This document shows, piece after piece, positions 1 to 14,731 of a stretch of DNA of 64,000 nucleotides. The notes under the pieces were generated by a model. It worked only from the letters and a program-made list of their open reading frames with translations. It was not told the DNA's origin and did no database searches. The stretch lies in contig OZ024742.1 in the NCBI GenBank assembly GCA_964016885.1, forward strand, positions 108,128,001 to 108,192,000, in the 5' to 3' direction. Positions within the stretch are counted from its first letter, which is position 1, and the number at the start of each line of letters is the position of its first letter. The stretch is from Eledone cirrhosa. Its lineage: Eukaryota. The position numbers were made by a program, and so were the translations under genes.

Positions 1-1089
1 TATCACCGTGGAATAAAACACTGACAGACAATGAATTTTTGATTCATCAAAATAAGTACCAGGCATGTACGATGTTCGATTTCATAACATATATCATGTG
101 TGCGCTGCGTGGTGCTTAAAGATGTAATCAATAGCTGTAACAGTAACACTTGCAGTTAGGAATCAATACCTACTCCGCGTACTTCGTGCGCAAAGAAAAG
201 CAACGTTGAAATAGGAGATTTATGTATGACACTAGAATTGTATTTTCTTGACATTTTGCTTATTAATGAATCGATTAGTAAAATAATTCACAACTATTAC
301 AATCATGTTCTTTCCCCGAATGTATAAACTTCTGGTTTTATTCACGTCGTGTTTTGTGTTTAGGAAAGAAGCAAATGGTCAGATCGGACCAAGGAAACAA
401 TGATTTGTTTTTTTCCATTGTTGGAACTATCTGTTGGTCCAAACACCTGACAAATAAGCGAAAAGGAGCCGATCATCAGATTGGACCAAGGAAACAGCGT
501 CTCCAATAGTCTTTCCATTGTTGATACTACCTGACAGTCATAGTTTCTGACAAAAAGATCAACAGAAGAAAAGTATTTTATACAAGAATACAACGCGCCT
601 CTCGATCCATGATAGTGAGTCGAAAACCTTAACTACTAGGCCAAGTGCTCTCTGAGTTGAGAATGATGGTTTCATTTGCATTTTTTAATTTCGGTCAGTA
701 AAAGTTGAAGAGATTATTGTAAAATGGAAAGTTTATGAAATCGATTCTCATACTTTAAAGATTACAAAATCTTATTTCAGTTGATCTTTAATGATGTGCA
801 TGATTACAATCACACATTTATAGGACATATATTAATTTAACTGATTCAAAATTTCATATTCAATTGTATATATTAGAAAGAAAAAAAAAGAGGGATTAAA
901 AGGTAGATGTGGAGAAGGCAAACTCTTCTGCCTTTGCTGGGTGCTATATATGAGCTGCACCCATAGACAAGATGGGGAAAGCATTGTCGCAGAATACACC
1001 ACGTGATACCCGTTGCATTAGCCATTCAAGCGCAGAGGGCTTTTTCTTAATGTGAGATGTCCTTTTTTTTTATTTGATAGGGGGGAAAC

Positions 1090-1455
1090 GGCAGTCTGAG
1101 GACTGACGCGGACATCGGCGATATCTATGGCAACCGGCGCAAAAAGGAAACGGTTGGTCAATGCCTGGCGTTTAGTCATTTTTCGCTCTTCTGTGGCAAT
1201 TCGCGAACCGAGAACTCCAAGGGTCACAATGGCAACCGGCAAAAACGTTAATTATAACATGGTATCTAACACAGGGGATCCTCAGTAGATTGAAACCACC
1301 AGTATTATGTCATTAGTTTATTACGAGAGTTACAGTCGGTTGTTAGCTATGTTTAGGTAACGCTGTTTGAGTGATTTATCTATGTTTAAGCAACCCTGTC
1401 TGACTGATCTTCCTCTATATCTCTTTTCCAGCATTCACTCTGTAGTTCCGGAAGA
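1090..1455. promoter_or_regulatory. CpG-enriched promoter-like patch with two RFX X-box-like motifs and an ETS/ACTACA-like motif
   Basis: ATATCTATGGCAAC (1121-1134) and GTCACAATGGCAAC (1223-1236), both followed by CGGC; CTGTAGTTCCGGAAG near 1440-1454; locally raised CpG. Motif similarity only. Confidence 0.3.
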
Positions 1456-1721
1456 AATCGACACTGTTTAGACTTGTAGATGGATGGGCTATGTCAGGTT
1501 AAAAATGTTAAAGATACGCTATAGGTCACGACGGTGACCTGACGACTTCTTCGGGAGTTATAAGTTCAAGGCATGACATCGACATCAGAACTTTGCTGTA
1601 TTCAAATTCCCCGAGAGTCTATATCAAACGTTAGGACTCTTATATTTATGTCGGTAACTCCTTAGTGTTATCGTTAACATACCCATCCGGCATCCGAATT
1701 TTGCAACTATTATTCATAATG

Positions 1722-1800
1722 ATCGACTACCATAAAATAAAGTACCAGTAATGCACTGGGTACTTGCTGGCCTTGTGCCTAAAGTAGAAACAATTATTAT
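1722..1800 (+). mobile_element. SINE family A, 3' fragment
   Basis: taaaataaagtaccagtaatgcactggg...ggccttgtgcctaaagtagaaacaattat matches the 3' half of the fuller copy at 53674-53845. Confidence 0.8.
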
Positions 1801-1842
1801 CTACGTTGGAATGGCAGCATTTCAAAACTCATTATATATACA

Positions 1843-2470
1843 TATCATCATCATCGCCATCGTTTTTACGTCTGCTTTGCTACGCTGTATGGATTGGACG
1901 GGTGCCTTTTACCACAACATCTTTCCACTCATCACGCTCCTTCGTCATCGCCTCTGTGATTCTCAGTGATTTAAGATCAGTTTTCACCACCCTCGCACAG
2001 GTCTTCCTCGGTCTACCTCTATTGCGGCTTTTTTCCACTGGGATTTCCTGTTACGTCTTCACCCAGCATTTATAATTCATGCGCCGTATCAACCGTATCA
2101 ACGCAGTCTTCTCTCTTGCACACCATTTCTGGTTCCTATTAAATCCAGTTTCTTCCTCAGTTCATCCAATCTCTGCCATTCTCTCACATTTACATTGCAC
2201 ATCCAACGAAACATGGTCTTTTCATTTCTCTGCAGCCTACACTGCACATATTTCTCTACCATGCAGCATCGCACTTCACACACAGGCGTCATACAGCCGT
2301 CATTTTGTATGCAGGGAGAAACATTTTCCTGTCAACAGCTGAAGTAGTTTTCTAAATATCTTCCACCTTACATGTTAGCTATTATGCATTCGGAGCACCG
2401 CATTTCGTTGCTAATTAAGTCACCTAGATAGTAGAAACTATCAACCATTTCTATGGATCCTTCGTGTGAT
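1843..2470 (-). mobile_element. RTE-clade LINE, decayed 3' fragment
   Basis: Minus strand reads ...RLQRNEKTMFRWMCNV...VQERRLR and RGRPRKT-type motifs; ends in an (ATG)n-type tail at about 1843-1860. Confidence 0.8.
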
Positions 2471-2689
2471 TGGAAAAGGTTTATATCACTGACGCTCTTT
2501 TCCCTCGATTACCTCTGTGCGTCTTCTACATACGAATCTTCCCTTCCTGTTAGTTTACCTGTTATCTCACTACATCTCTTGTGTACCCAATATTTCCATT
2601 GTGTTCATCATATAGAGTTCAGCCTACTCCTTTTCTACACATTGAACGTGGCCAGGACTTTGAAAGAATCAGGGTCCTATCTTCTTTCC

Positions 2690-2740
<51 letters not shown>

Positions 2741-2745
<5 letters not shown>

Positions 2746-3234
2746 GGCGATCAATTTTTTTACAAGGTTTTTTATATGACATCGTGTGTCGAAACAAATA
2801 TTGTTATACTTGAGGAGGCTAATATTGTTATAATATTGCCAGAAACAATAACACAACACACTCATTGTTTAGTTTGGGTTGGTTTTCTCTTCTGTATCTT
2901 CTATATCTCCATAGTTAATATATTTGCCAATCAATGTTTATCATTGATTGACCAACGGTTAAAATGGCGTAGACTTTACAATACAGCGGGAGGAAACATA
3001 ATAGTACTACTGATGATGTCGCAGATGTGTGACGGAAGAATTTTGATAGACTATATATATATATTTATATCTGTACTTTTAACCGTTGGTCAATCAATGA
3101 TAAACATTGATTGCCAAATAAATTAACTATGGAGATATAAAAGATACAGAAGCGAAAACCAAACCAAACTAAACAATGAGTGTGTTCTGATATTATTTCT
3201 GGCAATATTATAACAATATGACCCTCCCCAAGTA

Positions 3235-3240
<6 letters not shown>
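2741..3240. mobile_element. PLE-type terminal-repeat insert with two divergent arms in (TA)n
   Basis: About 2800-2964 is an imperfect inverted copy of about 3077-3238; degenerate HHR CTGATGA-TGTCGCA..GTGTGAC-GGAA near 3010-3038; related to 33695-33955 and 44460-44632. Confidence 0.65.
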
Positions 3241-3282
<42 letters not shown>

Positions 3283-3387
3283 TATTTGTGCGTGTGTGTG
3301 TGTGTATATATATATGTGCGTGTGTGTGTTTATGCATATGTTTATATATATCTATATATCTATATATATCTCTCTCTCTATATATAT

Positions 3388-3430
<43 letters not shown>

Positions 3431-3433
<3 letters not shown>

Positions 3434-3568
3434 AAGGAATTGTGGAAAGGAACCAGATGGACCATAACGCACCAGAGTACTCAATACTTAGGGTAGTAGA
3501 GTAGGTAATAGGAAAAACTATGACCCCGACGGCAGAGCTCAGGCTGATTCGACGGCTATTTCTGGACT
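3431..3568 (-). mobile_element. Short (TA)n-resident element, family T
   Basis: Reverse complement of agtccagaa..gccgtcgaa..ccctaagtattgagtac..ggtgcgttatggtcc; other copies at 6921, 11428, 33498, 35913 and 37800. Confidence 0.75.
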
Positions 3569-3650
<82 letters not shown>

Positions 3651-3654
<4 letters not shown>

Positions 3655-4118
3655 TTATGCACGAGTGCATTAATGTTTTCCAGGACACAGTGTTATGTAC
3701 CGTGTAGGGGAATGTCAGCTTACAACAGAGTGGTGCTCAACGAAATGCAGAAAATAGGTTTATATTCCAGTTTAGCTATATTCCGGGGCGTGTATAAAGA
3801 ATTAAAAAGAACAGAAAGATGCAGTAAAAGAGATTTATTCGGTTCTAACGTACGTTTCAATAGACATCAATTTGCCTAGATCTCGCTGCATCTATAATAT
3901 TATATAGTTAGTAGAGCATTCGACAATGCACAATCGATCCCATATCATCAGAGACTATATCTCTGATGATATGGGATCGATTGTGCATTGGATGTCGAAT
4001 GCTCTACTAACTATATAATATTATAGATGCAGCGAGATCTAGGCAAATTGATGTCTATTGAAACGTACGTTAGAACCGAATAAATCTCTTTTACTGCATC
4101 TTTCTGTTCTTTTTAATT

Positions 4119-4124
<6 letters not shown>
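3651..4124. mobile_element. Fold-back insert in (TA)n with an extended-stem-II HHR on each arm
   Basis: 3793-3954 and 3960-4124 are inverted copies with a small indel; CTGATGA 3963-3969, GAAA-CGTACG-TT 4060-4071, short stem I tct/aga. Confidence 0.7.
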
Positions 4125-4170
<46 letters not shown>

Positions 4171-4172
4171 AT

Positions 4173-4210
<38 letters not shown>

Positions 4211-4622
4211 CTCTCTCTCTATATATATATTGTTTCACTAGTTTTCAAAATCACATTGTAGAGCTAATAATAGAAGCATGAGAACTAATCAACATATCAA
4301 TTGAACTCGTATTCTATTCTATTATGTCTAATGGCTAAATTGTTTTAAAATTGAGTTCTGCTATTGTACATGTAAGTACAGTGACATTCATGAAATTTAG
4401 TTCATATCCTAGTCAGTGTATCAGTCTTTAATTATGTCTCATATTATCTCACACAACTGTTAATAATATTGCTTTCCACCTCCTTTTTAAGAAATCAATA
4501 GTTATTAAAAAGTATACCCCCCCCCCCACACACATATATATATATATATATGTATATTTATATATATATATATATATATACATAAACGCATTCACATAAC
4601 ATATATATTTATGCATACACAC

Positions 4623-4705
<83 letters not shown>

Positions 4706-5403
4706 GAGAGAGAGTAACAGGTTAATTGACAAATGACTAAAATATTGGTCGCTGGAGAAATAAATGGTTAAAAGTAATGTTTATACACACACATGTACAC
4801 ATACACACAAATGTACACACACACACGCACACACAAACACACATATATTTATATAACGGTAGAACCAAGACTCGAGACCGATCTCAGTTAAATGGTGGAC
4901 GAAACAGCGGCGGTTGAGATAGGAACGTCACTGGTTCTACGTACAATACACTTTCTTTATACCTTCACACATGAACAAAATAAAATCTATGACAATGACA
5001 CGATATGCAGCACTTCCACCACAACAGATGCTTCACCGTCTGTTTGTAGTTCTATGATTCACGAGTCTTGATTCATGTTTACAAAAATCAAAGAAAAAAT
5101 AGGGGTGGGTGGTGAAGTGTAGCAACATATCCGAGTGTTGAAACTTGGATGTCTCTTTCTGAATGTATGTAGTGGTTAAAGAAGCAATGGGTAAAAATAA
5201 AATTCAAGGGCTGTAGGGAATAAAACTACCGTGATTTTCAAGTAAAATGTACTCGTTTGCAATATAAATCTACAAACACATGTAAATACACAATAACACA
5301 TGTCCTCACCCCACCCCGCTCTCATACATGTGAGTATGTGTGAAAAGAAAAATATATATGAGTGTGTGTATGCACACAAATACAGACACACACACACACG
5401 TGC

Positions 5404-5436
<33 letters not shown>

Positions 5437-6686
5437 AAAGGTAAACAAAAATAACAAAGCAAACGACACAGTAAATTGAAGAAATATATTAGTTTAACGC
5501 TTGAAATAACAGGAAAAGAGTCTTAACGTTTCGGACACTAGTCTGTCATCATAAGATACAATTAGAAATAAAAGATAAAACAGAAAGATAAAGAGTGAGA
5601 AGGGGAAGGACGGACAAAATGAGAAAAAAGCACACATGCGTATTCAGTCAGCCATTTTGGAGATTTTTATATATATATATATTCCTGGACATGGTGGCGT
5701 GTGATCTTGATCAAAACGCTTTATTTCACGTTGCTCCTATACATTCATCTGAAAATAAGATCCATCAGTAGCTAGTAGTTAACCTTATGGTGGACATGGA
5801 CTGGCCTCCTATCCAGGCGGGTGTCTTTATATATACATATTACTTAGGTAGTTATTGTTTAAATGTTCTAAGTGCAATGGTACTATATACATACGTAACT
5901 AAGACCGTCAATTGCTTTATCTTATATTCAACTAAAAGAAACCAAAGTTATCTGCGAACTCGAGCAAACGTAATCCCTAAATCTACATTCGACATAACTC
6001 ACCAAACCCACACCACACATATAAACCCTGCCGGTAGAACAAACACCAATCTGCACTAATTATTGTTATGGGTGTGACGGTCGTCATCAAGCTGCAGCGT
6101 CATATTAGTAGTTTCTATAATAAGAGAAAGAAACGGATGAAGCGAGATGGAAGGATAGAAAGGAAAGAAAGAGATACCCAAAGAGAACTAGATACAATAG
6201 TAACCTATATTAATTTTCATTTAATTTTATTAATCATGAGTTCATAACCATGTGAATATATCATTTAATAACAGTTATATTTACAAGGATATGTAATGTC
6301 ATATATCCAAATATCATTTATATATGTATCAATGCGAACATATATTGAAATATTAGTTATATACATTGCAGTATAATATCTTAAGCTAAATTCACATATA
6401 AGATATAATATGACGGCTGCAACCTGATAACAACCATCGGCCCGTGAAAGTAGGTGTAGATTTGTTTGTTGATATACTGGCAGTGTTTGGCTTATGTTTA
6501 TGAAGGTTGTAATTGATTTTACTTTATGTCTAGTGTGGTATGTACCTGGTTGGTTAGGTTAATTTTAGGTTTATAGACAATGTTTGCTTGAGTTCATTGA
6601 TAGATTTCGTTTGTCTTTAGTCTGCAGTTAGGATTTTATACATACATACATATATTATATATATAGATAGTGTAGTATATAAATAA

Positions 6687-6742
<56 letters not shown>

Positions 6743-6811
6743 GTGTGTGTGGGTGTGTGCTGATCCCGAATCGGGGATAGCCACAATACATGTGTAGAGT
6801 GACTACAGAGG

Positions 6812-6861
<50 letters not shown>

Positions 6862-6920
6862 TATATATATATATATATATATATAAACATACACACATAC
6901 TGATATATATATATATATAT

Positions 6921-7076
6921 AGGAACGAGTAGGACCCCGACTAATAGTCCAGAATTAGCCGTCGAAACGGGTTGAGCTCAGCCGTCGGGGTCCTACTCGT
7001 TCCTATTATCCTCCCTAAGTATTGAGTACTTTGGTGCGTTATGGTCCACCCGGTTCCTTACCACATTTCCTCCGTT
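6921..7076 (+). mobile_element. Family T short element with a small 5' inverted arm
   Basis: aggaacgagtaggaccccgac at 6921 is the reverse complement of gtcggggtcctactcgttcct in the body; flanked by (TA)n. Confidence 0.75.
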
Positions 7077-7209
7077 ATATATATATATATAAGTCGATCG
7101 TTCCTATATATATATATAGGAACGATCGACTTTCGTCAAATCGGACCGAGGGAACAATGTTTCCGTTGGTCTTTCCAATTGCTAATACTATCTATCGGTC
7201 GCAACTCCA

Positions 7210-7333
7210 GGTAGAAGGAGCAACGTGAAATAAAGTGTCTTGCTCAAGGACATAACGCATCACCTGGTCCAGGAATCGAACTCACAACCTTACGATTGCG
7301 AATCCAATTCTCTAACCACTCAGCCACACGCCT

Positions 7334-7337
<4 letters not shown>
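7210..7337 (-). mobile_element. tRNA-derived SINE family B, 5' part
   Basis: Minus strand gives A/B-box-like gtggctgagtggttag...gagttcgattcc followed by gtccttgagcaagacactt (CORE-like). Confidence 0.75.
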
Positions 7338-7684
<347 letters not shown>

Positions 7685-7980
7685 TACCATGTAGAATATG
7701 AATGTATTTCAATGTCAGTTATATAATTTTAATGTAAGATATATAGGGATATATTCGAATATCATAACTGAGAAATATTCGCATAATTCTGTAAATACCA
7801 TCCACATATTTCCCTTTGCTCAAGGAACGGGGAAACATTTCTCTTACTATGTCCTGTAATTACACTGTTATTCTACAAATTGTTGTATTATTAAACAGCT
7901 GCATTGAAATACATTGAAGTATTACTATATATTACGAGAGATTCATACACTGTCAACCACGTGAGTGTATATATATATAT

Positions 7981-8063
<83 letters not shown>

Positions 8064-8259
8064 CGTTTCTGAATTTGTTTAGCAAGATTCTTATTGGCAA
8101 CATGACCCTCCCAAAGTATAACAATATATATATATATATATATAGTTTTAATATAGATGAGATTCTACAAGACTAGAACTGTTTCATTCAACTGTTATAC
8201 TCTGCTATGTATTGAGTACCTTACTTACTGTGGTTACCTCCGATTCAACCCGGAATAAC

Positions 8260-8325
<66 letters not shown>

Positions 8326-8882
8326 GCATGGTGATTTACGAGGCATGTATGTTTATATATGACTGAATGCATTGGCTTTTTTATTTTGTTTATTTAGGGA
8401 AATATAAAAAATAACGTAACACAAATAGAAAGCAAACAAAAAACAAAAAAAAACAACCACAGAGATAGACAATCATACATAAATATCAAAACATGTAAAT
8501 ATCTAATTATCTAAATATATAAATATATAAATATAAATATAAATATAAAAAGCATTGCGAATCACGAGGGAAATTGGTTAAAATTTAAAAGCAACGTTAG
8601 ACATCCTCATCTGTAGCCAGTTGTACAGTAAGAACAACTAGCTTGTGCTATCTCACACCATTGAGATTTCGGTAAGGGTTGCGGTAGAAGTTGCCAGGCA
8701 AGTGAGATATAGCACTTGCTAGTATTTCAAGCCAGTGTGGTAAAGGTGGGGCTGGAGTTACCAGGGCTGAAGCAAGACAAGTTTAAGCGGCGCATCCATA
8801 CATTCAGCACCTCAATCATATATTGTGATCAACATAACACAGATAGCGATATCATTTCTTTTTAAAGGGGTGTACGTACCTC

Positions 8883-8949
<67 letters not shown>

Positions 8950-9248
8950 GTTCATACATATATATATATATATATATATACCTTCATATATACAAATATA
9001 CATACATACATACATACATACATACATACATACATACATACATACATACATACATACATACATACATACATACATGCATACATACATGCACATCATTACA
9101 TACATACATTGTTTAACACCCAGCTTTCGACGGTGGTATCGGTTATACACAGTAGAATGGTTTTCTGTTAAAGAACGGAAGAAATCCGCAATGACAACAG
9201 TATTAATCCTGTAGTAGCTACTTCAAAAGGTAATATATATATATATAC

Positions 9249-9281
<33 letters not shown>

Positions 9282-9518
9282 CATATATACATATGTACAT
9301 ACATACATATACATACATATATATATATATATACATACATATATATATATACATTATATACATACATATATACATATGTACATACATATATATATATGTA
9401 TATACATATATATATGTGTGTATGTACATATGTATATATGTATGTATGTGTACATATGTATATATGTATGTATATATATATGTATGTGTGTGTGCGTGTA
9501 TGTGTGTATGGGTGTGTG

Positions 9519-9553
<35 letters not shown>

Positions 9554-9866
9554 CTGTGTGTGTATAGAATGTGATAGTACTGTTATATCTTTTCTTCTAT
9601 TTGGTTGCTTTTTTTCTTTGCGAATTCTTCTAAATTGAGTTTTTGAAAAGCATCTAGGAGGGACAAAATATAGAAATATAGAAAGGGAGTATCAGCAAGA
9701 TGTGGAAGGGACAATAATGCCAAGGGTAACCTACAAAACTTATATATATATATAATATATAGATTCCCGAGTTGTGTCCGTGGTAACCACATTTTAAAAA
9801 AGTACACATTACATTATTAGAGTGTAGGCATCTTTATTATATATATATTAATATATATATATATAC

Positions 9867-9903
<37 letters not shown>

Positions 9904-10664
9904 GAGTGTGAGAGAGAGGGAGAGAGAGGGAGAGAGAGGGAGAGAGAAAGTGAGAGAGAGTGAGAGAGAGAGAGTGAGAGAGAGAGAGAAGTGACTTTTA
10001 ACTGGAATAGAACTCTTTCACTCATGATGATATCATACGAAACTATAGAAACTATTTCCATATATATATATAACATATATATATATATATACATATATAT
10101 CGATTAATTCCTAAACACGCATATTACCATACAGTCACATATATCATATATAAGAGATATACCTTCACATGCAGTCACATAATTCCGATTTCGTTCTTTG
10201 TGTTCAGAACACCGGGCTAACATTGTCTTACTGCAGCCTCGTGGAATTTCTTAAATGAAAGCTTTTCTGTAGCCCGTCGTATATATGCGTGAGTGAATGT
10301 GTTTGCACTTTACTGTGTTTGTGACTTTTCGTTACCGTAGTTATGATGAATCTTGGAGGGATAAATAATATAATTAACTTACAATTTTGTTTGGAATATA
10401 ACTTAACAAAGGTCCTTTCATATATTAACAGATTTGTACTATTGAATCAAGGGTGGTTTCAGGCGGTTTGGTATCAAATGGTTTAACACAATATTGCCGG
10501 TTATAATATGACCCGTGTTGTATCCAAAATGTAACGTAGCCAATCGTTGAAATCTAGAAAGAGAGCGCTGTACCATCATAGCTGCAGTGTAATGACAAAC
10601 CGACAACAGAGGAAAACAATGTATGTGGGTGTTTGTGTGGCTGTAAGAAAGGTTGTGTGTAAAC

Positions 10665-10815
10665 CGATGAATTGGCAGAGTCATTAGGGCATTCGGTAGT
10701 TCGTGTGACTTACTGTACTCTGAGTTCAAATCCCGTTGAAGTCAAGTTTGAAATTCATCCTTCAAAGGTGGATAAATAAAGTACCTAAACTAGGATCGAT
10801 AAATAAAGTACCAAT
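10665..10815 (+). mobile_element. SINE family A, diverged
   Basis: ttggcagagtcattag...ctgagttcaaatcccg (B box)...ttcatccttc..gataaataaagtacc. Confidence 0.7.
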
Positions 10816-11076
10816 ATCGAGATCGTTTCTTCCTCTATTTCGTCCTGGGTGACATAGGCTATGATCAATCTTGGAGAGATCAAGCTTGGGGAGAGAGAGA
10901 GTGGGGTAGGTTTAAAATGTCACGATAACACCTCTGGAATTCCATCAATAGTTAAGGACCCTTTCTTTCTTTAATGTGTGCATGTAATTGTATGCCAGTG
11001 TGTATATGTTTGCGTGCATGAATGTGTGTTTGATATATGTTTACACATTCAGAGTTACAAACATGCACACACGCAT

Positions 11077-11131
<55 letters not shown>

Positions 11132-11253
11132 GTTTCGTTGACAAATATATCAATGTGCCCAGACATGCAGATATATTGCCAATGGTACGACAGTGTGGTT
11201 TTAGCTCAATGTAGGATAACTGGTATACTACAGAGCCGTTATATGTTATATAT

Positions 11254-11330
<77 letters not shown>

Positions 11331-11427
11331 CACACAGATATGTGTGTGTGTGTGTGTGTGTGCATGGGTGGGATTGACAAATATCAACAACTTTAAAGAA
11401 TTTAAACTATATATATATATATATATC

Positions 11428-11646
11428 GGAACGAGTAAGACCACGACGGCTGAGCTCAAGCCGTTTCGACGGCTAATTCTGGACTAAAAAATTTTATTTT
11501 TATTTTTTTAGTCCAGAATTAGCCGTCGAAACGGCTTGAGCTCAGCCGTCGGGGTCTTACTCGTTCCTATTACCCACTCTACTACCCTAAGTATTGAGTA
11601 CTTTGGTGCGTTATGGTCCACCTGGTTCCTTACCACATTTCCTTCG

Positions 11647-11648
<2 letters not shown>
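11428..11648 (+). mobile_element. Family T short element with a ~60-bp inverted arm
   Basis: 11428-11490 is an inverted copy of about 11505-11567; flanked by (TA)n. Confidence 0.8.
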
Positions 11649-11688
<40 letters not shown>

Positions 11689-12362
11689 TATAAATTATGT
11701 CCTTAGAATCATTTGATAAATATATATACTCAATTTCCTCTCCCAATTAGCATAATCAACCACACAAAAAACCCAATTAAACCAGGCTATAAGATTAAAA
11801 GATACCCGTGAAGAAATAATAGATAAATAAACGATACCCATTTATTCGATAGCCATTTATTATCAACAGCCATAGAATATTTACCCACCATTTCAATAGC
11901 ACGTGGAAATCGATTAAAAATATCGTCAATCATACACAATTAGGTATAAAATTATATATATGGGAAATAACACGTGACAACTAAATATACGAAACGCTGC
12001 AGATTAGCGGCAACATTTAGCCTTCGCCCCGTTCTTTGGTAGAACGAAAACCTGTTGATGAACTGAATCCTCTGTTCGCTCATGAATACGTAAGTCTCAT
12101 ATTTGATTTCGGATTCATAGAAACACTTTAAACGTATAACGTTTGATTTGTCCAGGTGTATTTTTCTCAACCTGTTAGTTCTTTCGTTACTTTGGTATAT
12201 TGTGTGTTAGATTTTGCCTACCACAATGTTCAATTTCTCAAGCTATTTAAACGTATGTTATTACTCTAAGGACCTACCTTATCGAATGCTTTGCTAACTC
12301 ATTTCATATAGTAGGCCGAATTTGCTTGCAAACCGCCAGAGATTCGATTTTATTAAGTACCC

Positions 12363-12446
<84 letters not shown>

Positions 12447-12454
12447 CATGTTGC

Positions 12455-12675
12455 TCCCCCGTCGCTTCTCACGGTGAGTGTTCCAGTTCTTCGAATAGCC
12501 ATCTCATGAAATTAGCATACAAGTGGCTGAGCATTCCAAAGACAAGCGTACTCTTAACGTAGTTTTCAGGGAGATTTAGCGTGACGCTAACAAGGACACA
12601 ACGCAACGCCGAAAATCGAACTGACAACCTTACAGACATGAATCGAACACTCTAACCAATAAGCCACATGCCTTC
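12455..12675 (-). mobile_element. SINE family B, internally deleted
   Basis: caagtggctgagcattcc..cttaacgtag..gagatttagcgtgac plus the tRNA-like head ..ctctaaccaataagccac. Confidence 0.7.
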
Positions 12676-13074
12676 TCTAGATATATAAATATATAAACAC
12701 ACAATGTGTGTGTGTGTGTATGTATGTGGGTGTGTGTGTATGTATGTGTGTGTGTGTGTGTATGTATGTGTGTGTGTGTATGTGTGTGTGTGGTGTGTGT
12801 ATGTGTGTATGTGCGTGCATTTATACTCACAAACGCTTATCTGTTGATATGAAAATGTATAAAGATATGGATGCGTAGATCGATAGCTACTTGAAAATAC
12901 ATAGACATGTATGTATGGCCCCGTAACTCCTGATATAGACGTAGGGGTGTCGTATTGACATACAGCGTTTGTTGGGCAATTTTTAAGCCTGGCGGAGCCC
13001 ATTCCTCTCCAGGGCTGAGTACAGCAGATTTCTTCCAGAGAAAGATAGGAAATGAGAAAGAGATATAGAGGAAG

Positions 13075-13218
13075 AATCGACCCCAGTATTAGACTGGTAC
13101 TTTTTTTATCGCCCTAGAGAGGATGAAACGCGGGATTTGAACTCAGAGAGCAGAGAGTCGGAACAAATACCACAAAGCATTCTATCCGACGTTCTAACAA
13201 TCTGTTAATTCGCCAACT
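13075..13218 (-). mobile_element. SINE family A
   Basis: ctggtactt..ttatcg..ggatgaaa..gggatttgaactcag..ttctaac..ctgttaattcgcc. Confidence 0.7.
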
Positions 13219-13350
13219 CGACATACAACGATACAAAGCAGCTAATTAATAGATTGTATAAATAATATAGTATTTTTCTATCACTCACATATCTTATCTT
13301 TTCCTTTTCTTACTTCCCTCAATTCACTTTTTATTCCTCCCATTTTTAAG

Positions 13351-13544
13351 GAGAGGTTTCTAAAAATAATCCGTATTTAAAAGAACGAAGAGTTTCGTCA
13401 CCATTTCTGACTCTAATTGTCTTTGGTTGTTTGTCTGAAGTGGCAGAAGAATTCTCCCACACAACAGTTATTGGTTTTATGACAACAAAACCTCACCCGT
13501 TTGAATTAACGTCTTTGCTGAAGTTACTAAACACGTCCACCTCG
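13351..13544 (+). CDS. Candidate internal exon of an unidentified gene
   Basis: Long polypyrimidine tract ending TTTAAG|, donor TCG|GTGAGT, one frame open for all 194 nt (EVSKNNPYLKERRVSSPFLTLIVFGCLSEVAEEF...LLNTSTS). No homology recognised. Confidence 0.35.
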
Positions 13545-14254
13545 GTGAGTGGAATTATTGACGTAGGCTTCTCTATTTTAGTTCATTATTCATCTTTTCA
13601 TATGTTTTATACATAACTGTGAAAAGAAATTTTACTTTTACTTAAATTATCTAATAATATAAATTTTACCCATGTGTTGTACCGATGAGACAAAGTTCCG
13701 AAACGGTCGTCTACAGATGGAAGGAAAAATAATAACAACAACAATTTGTTATTATTGTTGGGGGCATTATCCACGAAGCTGGTGTCTTGTATGTTTCTGT
13801 GGTTGTAGATGGCGAAGATGAAACAGAGGAAGGAAATCCTTGTCTGACGCAATCAAAGACTGGACAGGTTTTAGCAACCACTATAACCCTCTATCTGTGA
13901 CAGGGAACAAAGTAAGGAGGTGGTTTTTGACAACTATAACGTCAAAATGGCACACCCAAATGACTGTTGGCTGCTACAGTTAAGCGAAGATGATGATTAT
14001 ATAACCGGGAATCGAATGCATCACGTAGTCTTGGTTTACCATTTAGTCTACACTACTCGTGACAGACTTAATGGAAATCATATATTTCTAATACGGTTGT
14101 AATCAAAATACACCAGTAAAATCGGTTCTAGACTTAATGGCGTTATTATATTTATTGTCAGCAATGCAGTTGTTGAACAATATATTGAAGCTCTCCATTA
14201 ATTTATATTTATAGTTTTAACTGCTTCACTTATTCCGTTGTAAGCAGAATTGAA

Positions 14255-14700
14255 TCTCCATCGGCTGCAACGACAAGGATCCCAGTTGACTCGATTCATG
14301 CAACAGCCTGCAAGTGGCTGATCATTCCACGAATTCGTTTACCGTTAACGTATTTCTAAGGGTCATTCAACGAATTGAACTATGTAACATGGCTGACCCT
14401 TTGAATTAAAGGTTGCTGTATTTGTACTTCCGTCGGTTCCGACGACGAGTGTCTCAGTTGCTCGATACACAGAAGAGCTTGCGTGTAAAATTAACGTGCA
14501 AATGGCTGAGTAATTTAAAGTCACGTCTTGCGTAAAGAGATTTTCGAGTGGATTCAGTCTATCACTGTGGGTGACAAAGCTGTTCTTTTAAATTGAGAGA
14601 ATTGGAGCTACATGAAATAAAGTTTCTTCCTCAAGGACACAATGCACCGCTCGATTCGAGAAGCAAACCCACGATTTTAGGATCGTGAGCGGAACATCCT
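14255..14700 (-). mobile_element. SINE family B, one partial and one near-complete diverged copy
   Basis: Repeated ccgacgacgag..cagttg..gtgcaaatggctgag blocks, then tcctcaaggacacaatgca..gatcgtgag head. Confidence 0.65.
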
Positions 14701-14731
14701 ATTCACAGTTGATAAAACATAGATTTAAAAC

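Noticed and set aside
5521-5556. HHR-like motif on the minus strand (also near 31200-31245, 39665-39720, 40451-40485)
   Set aside because: Core or stems are mutated (for example ATGATGA, GGAA); treated as decayed relics, not functional ribozymes.
11900-12310. Possible very old RT remnant on the minus strand (AFDKV-like and IDDIF-like words)
   Set aside because: Too fragmentary to assign.
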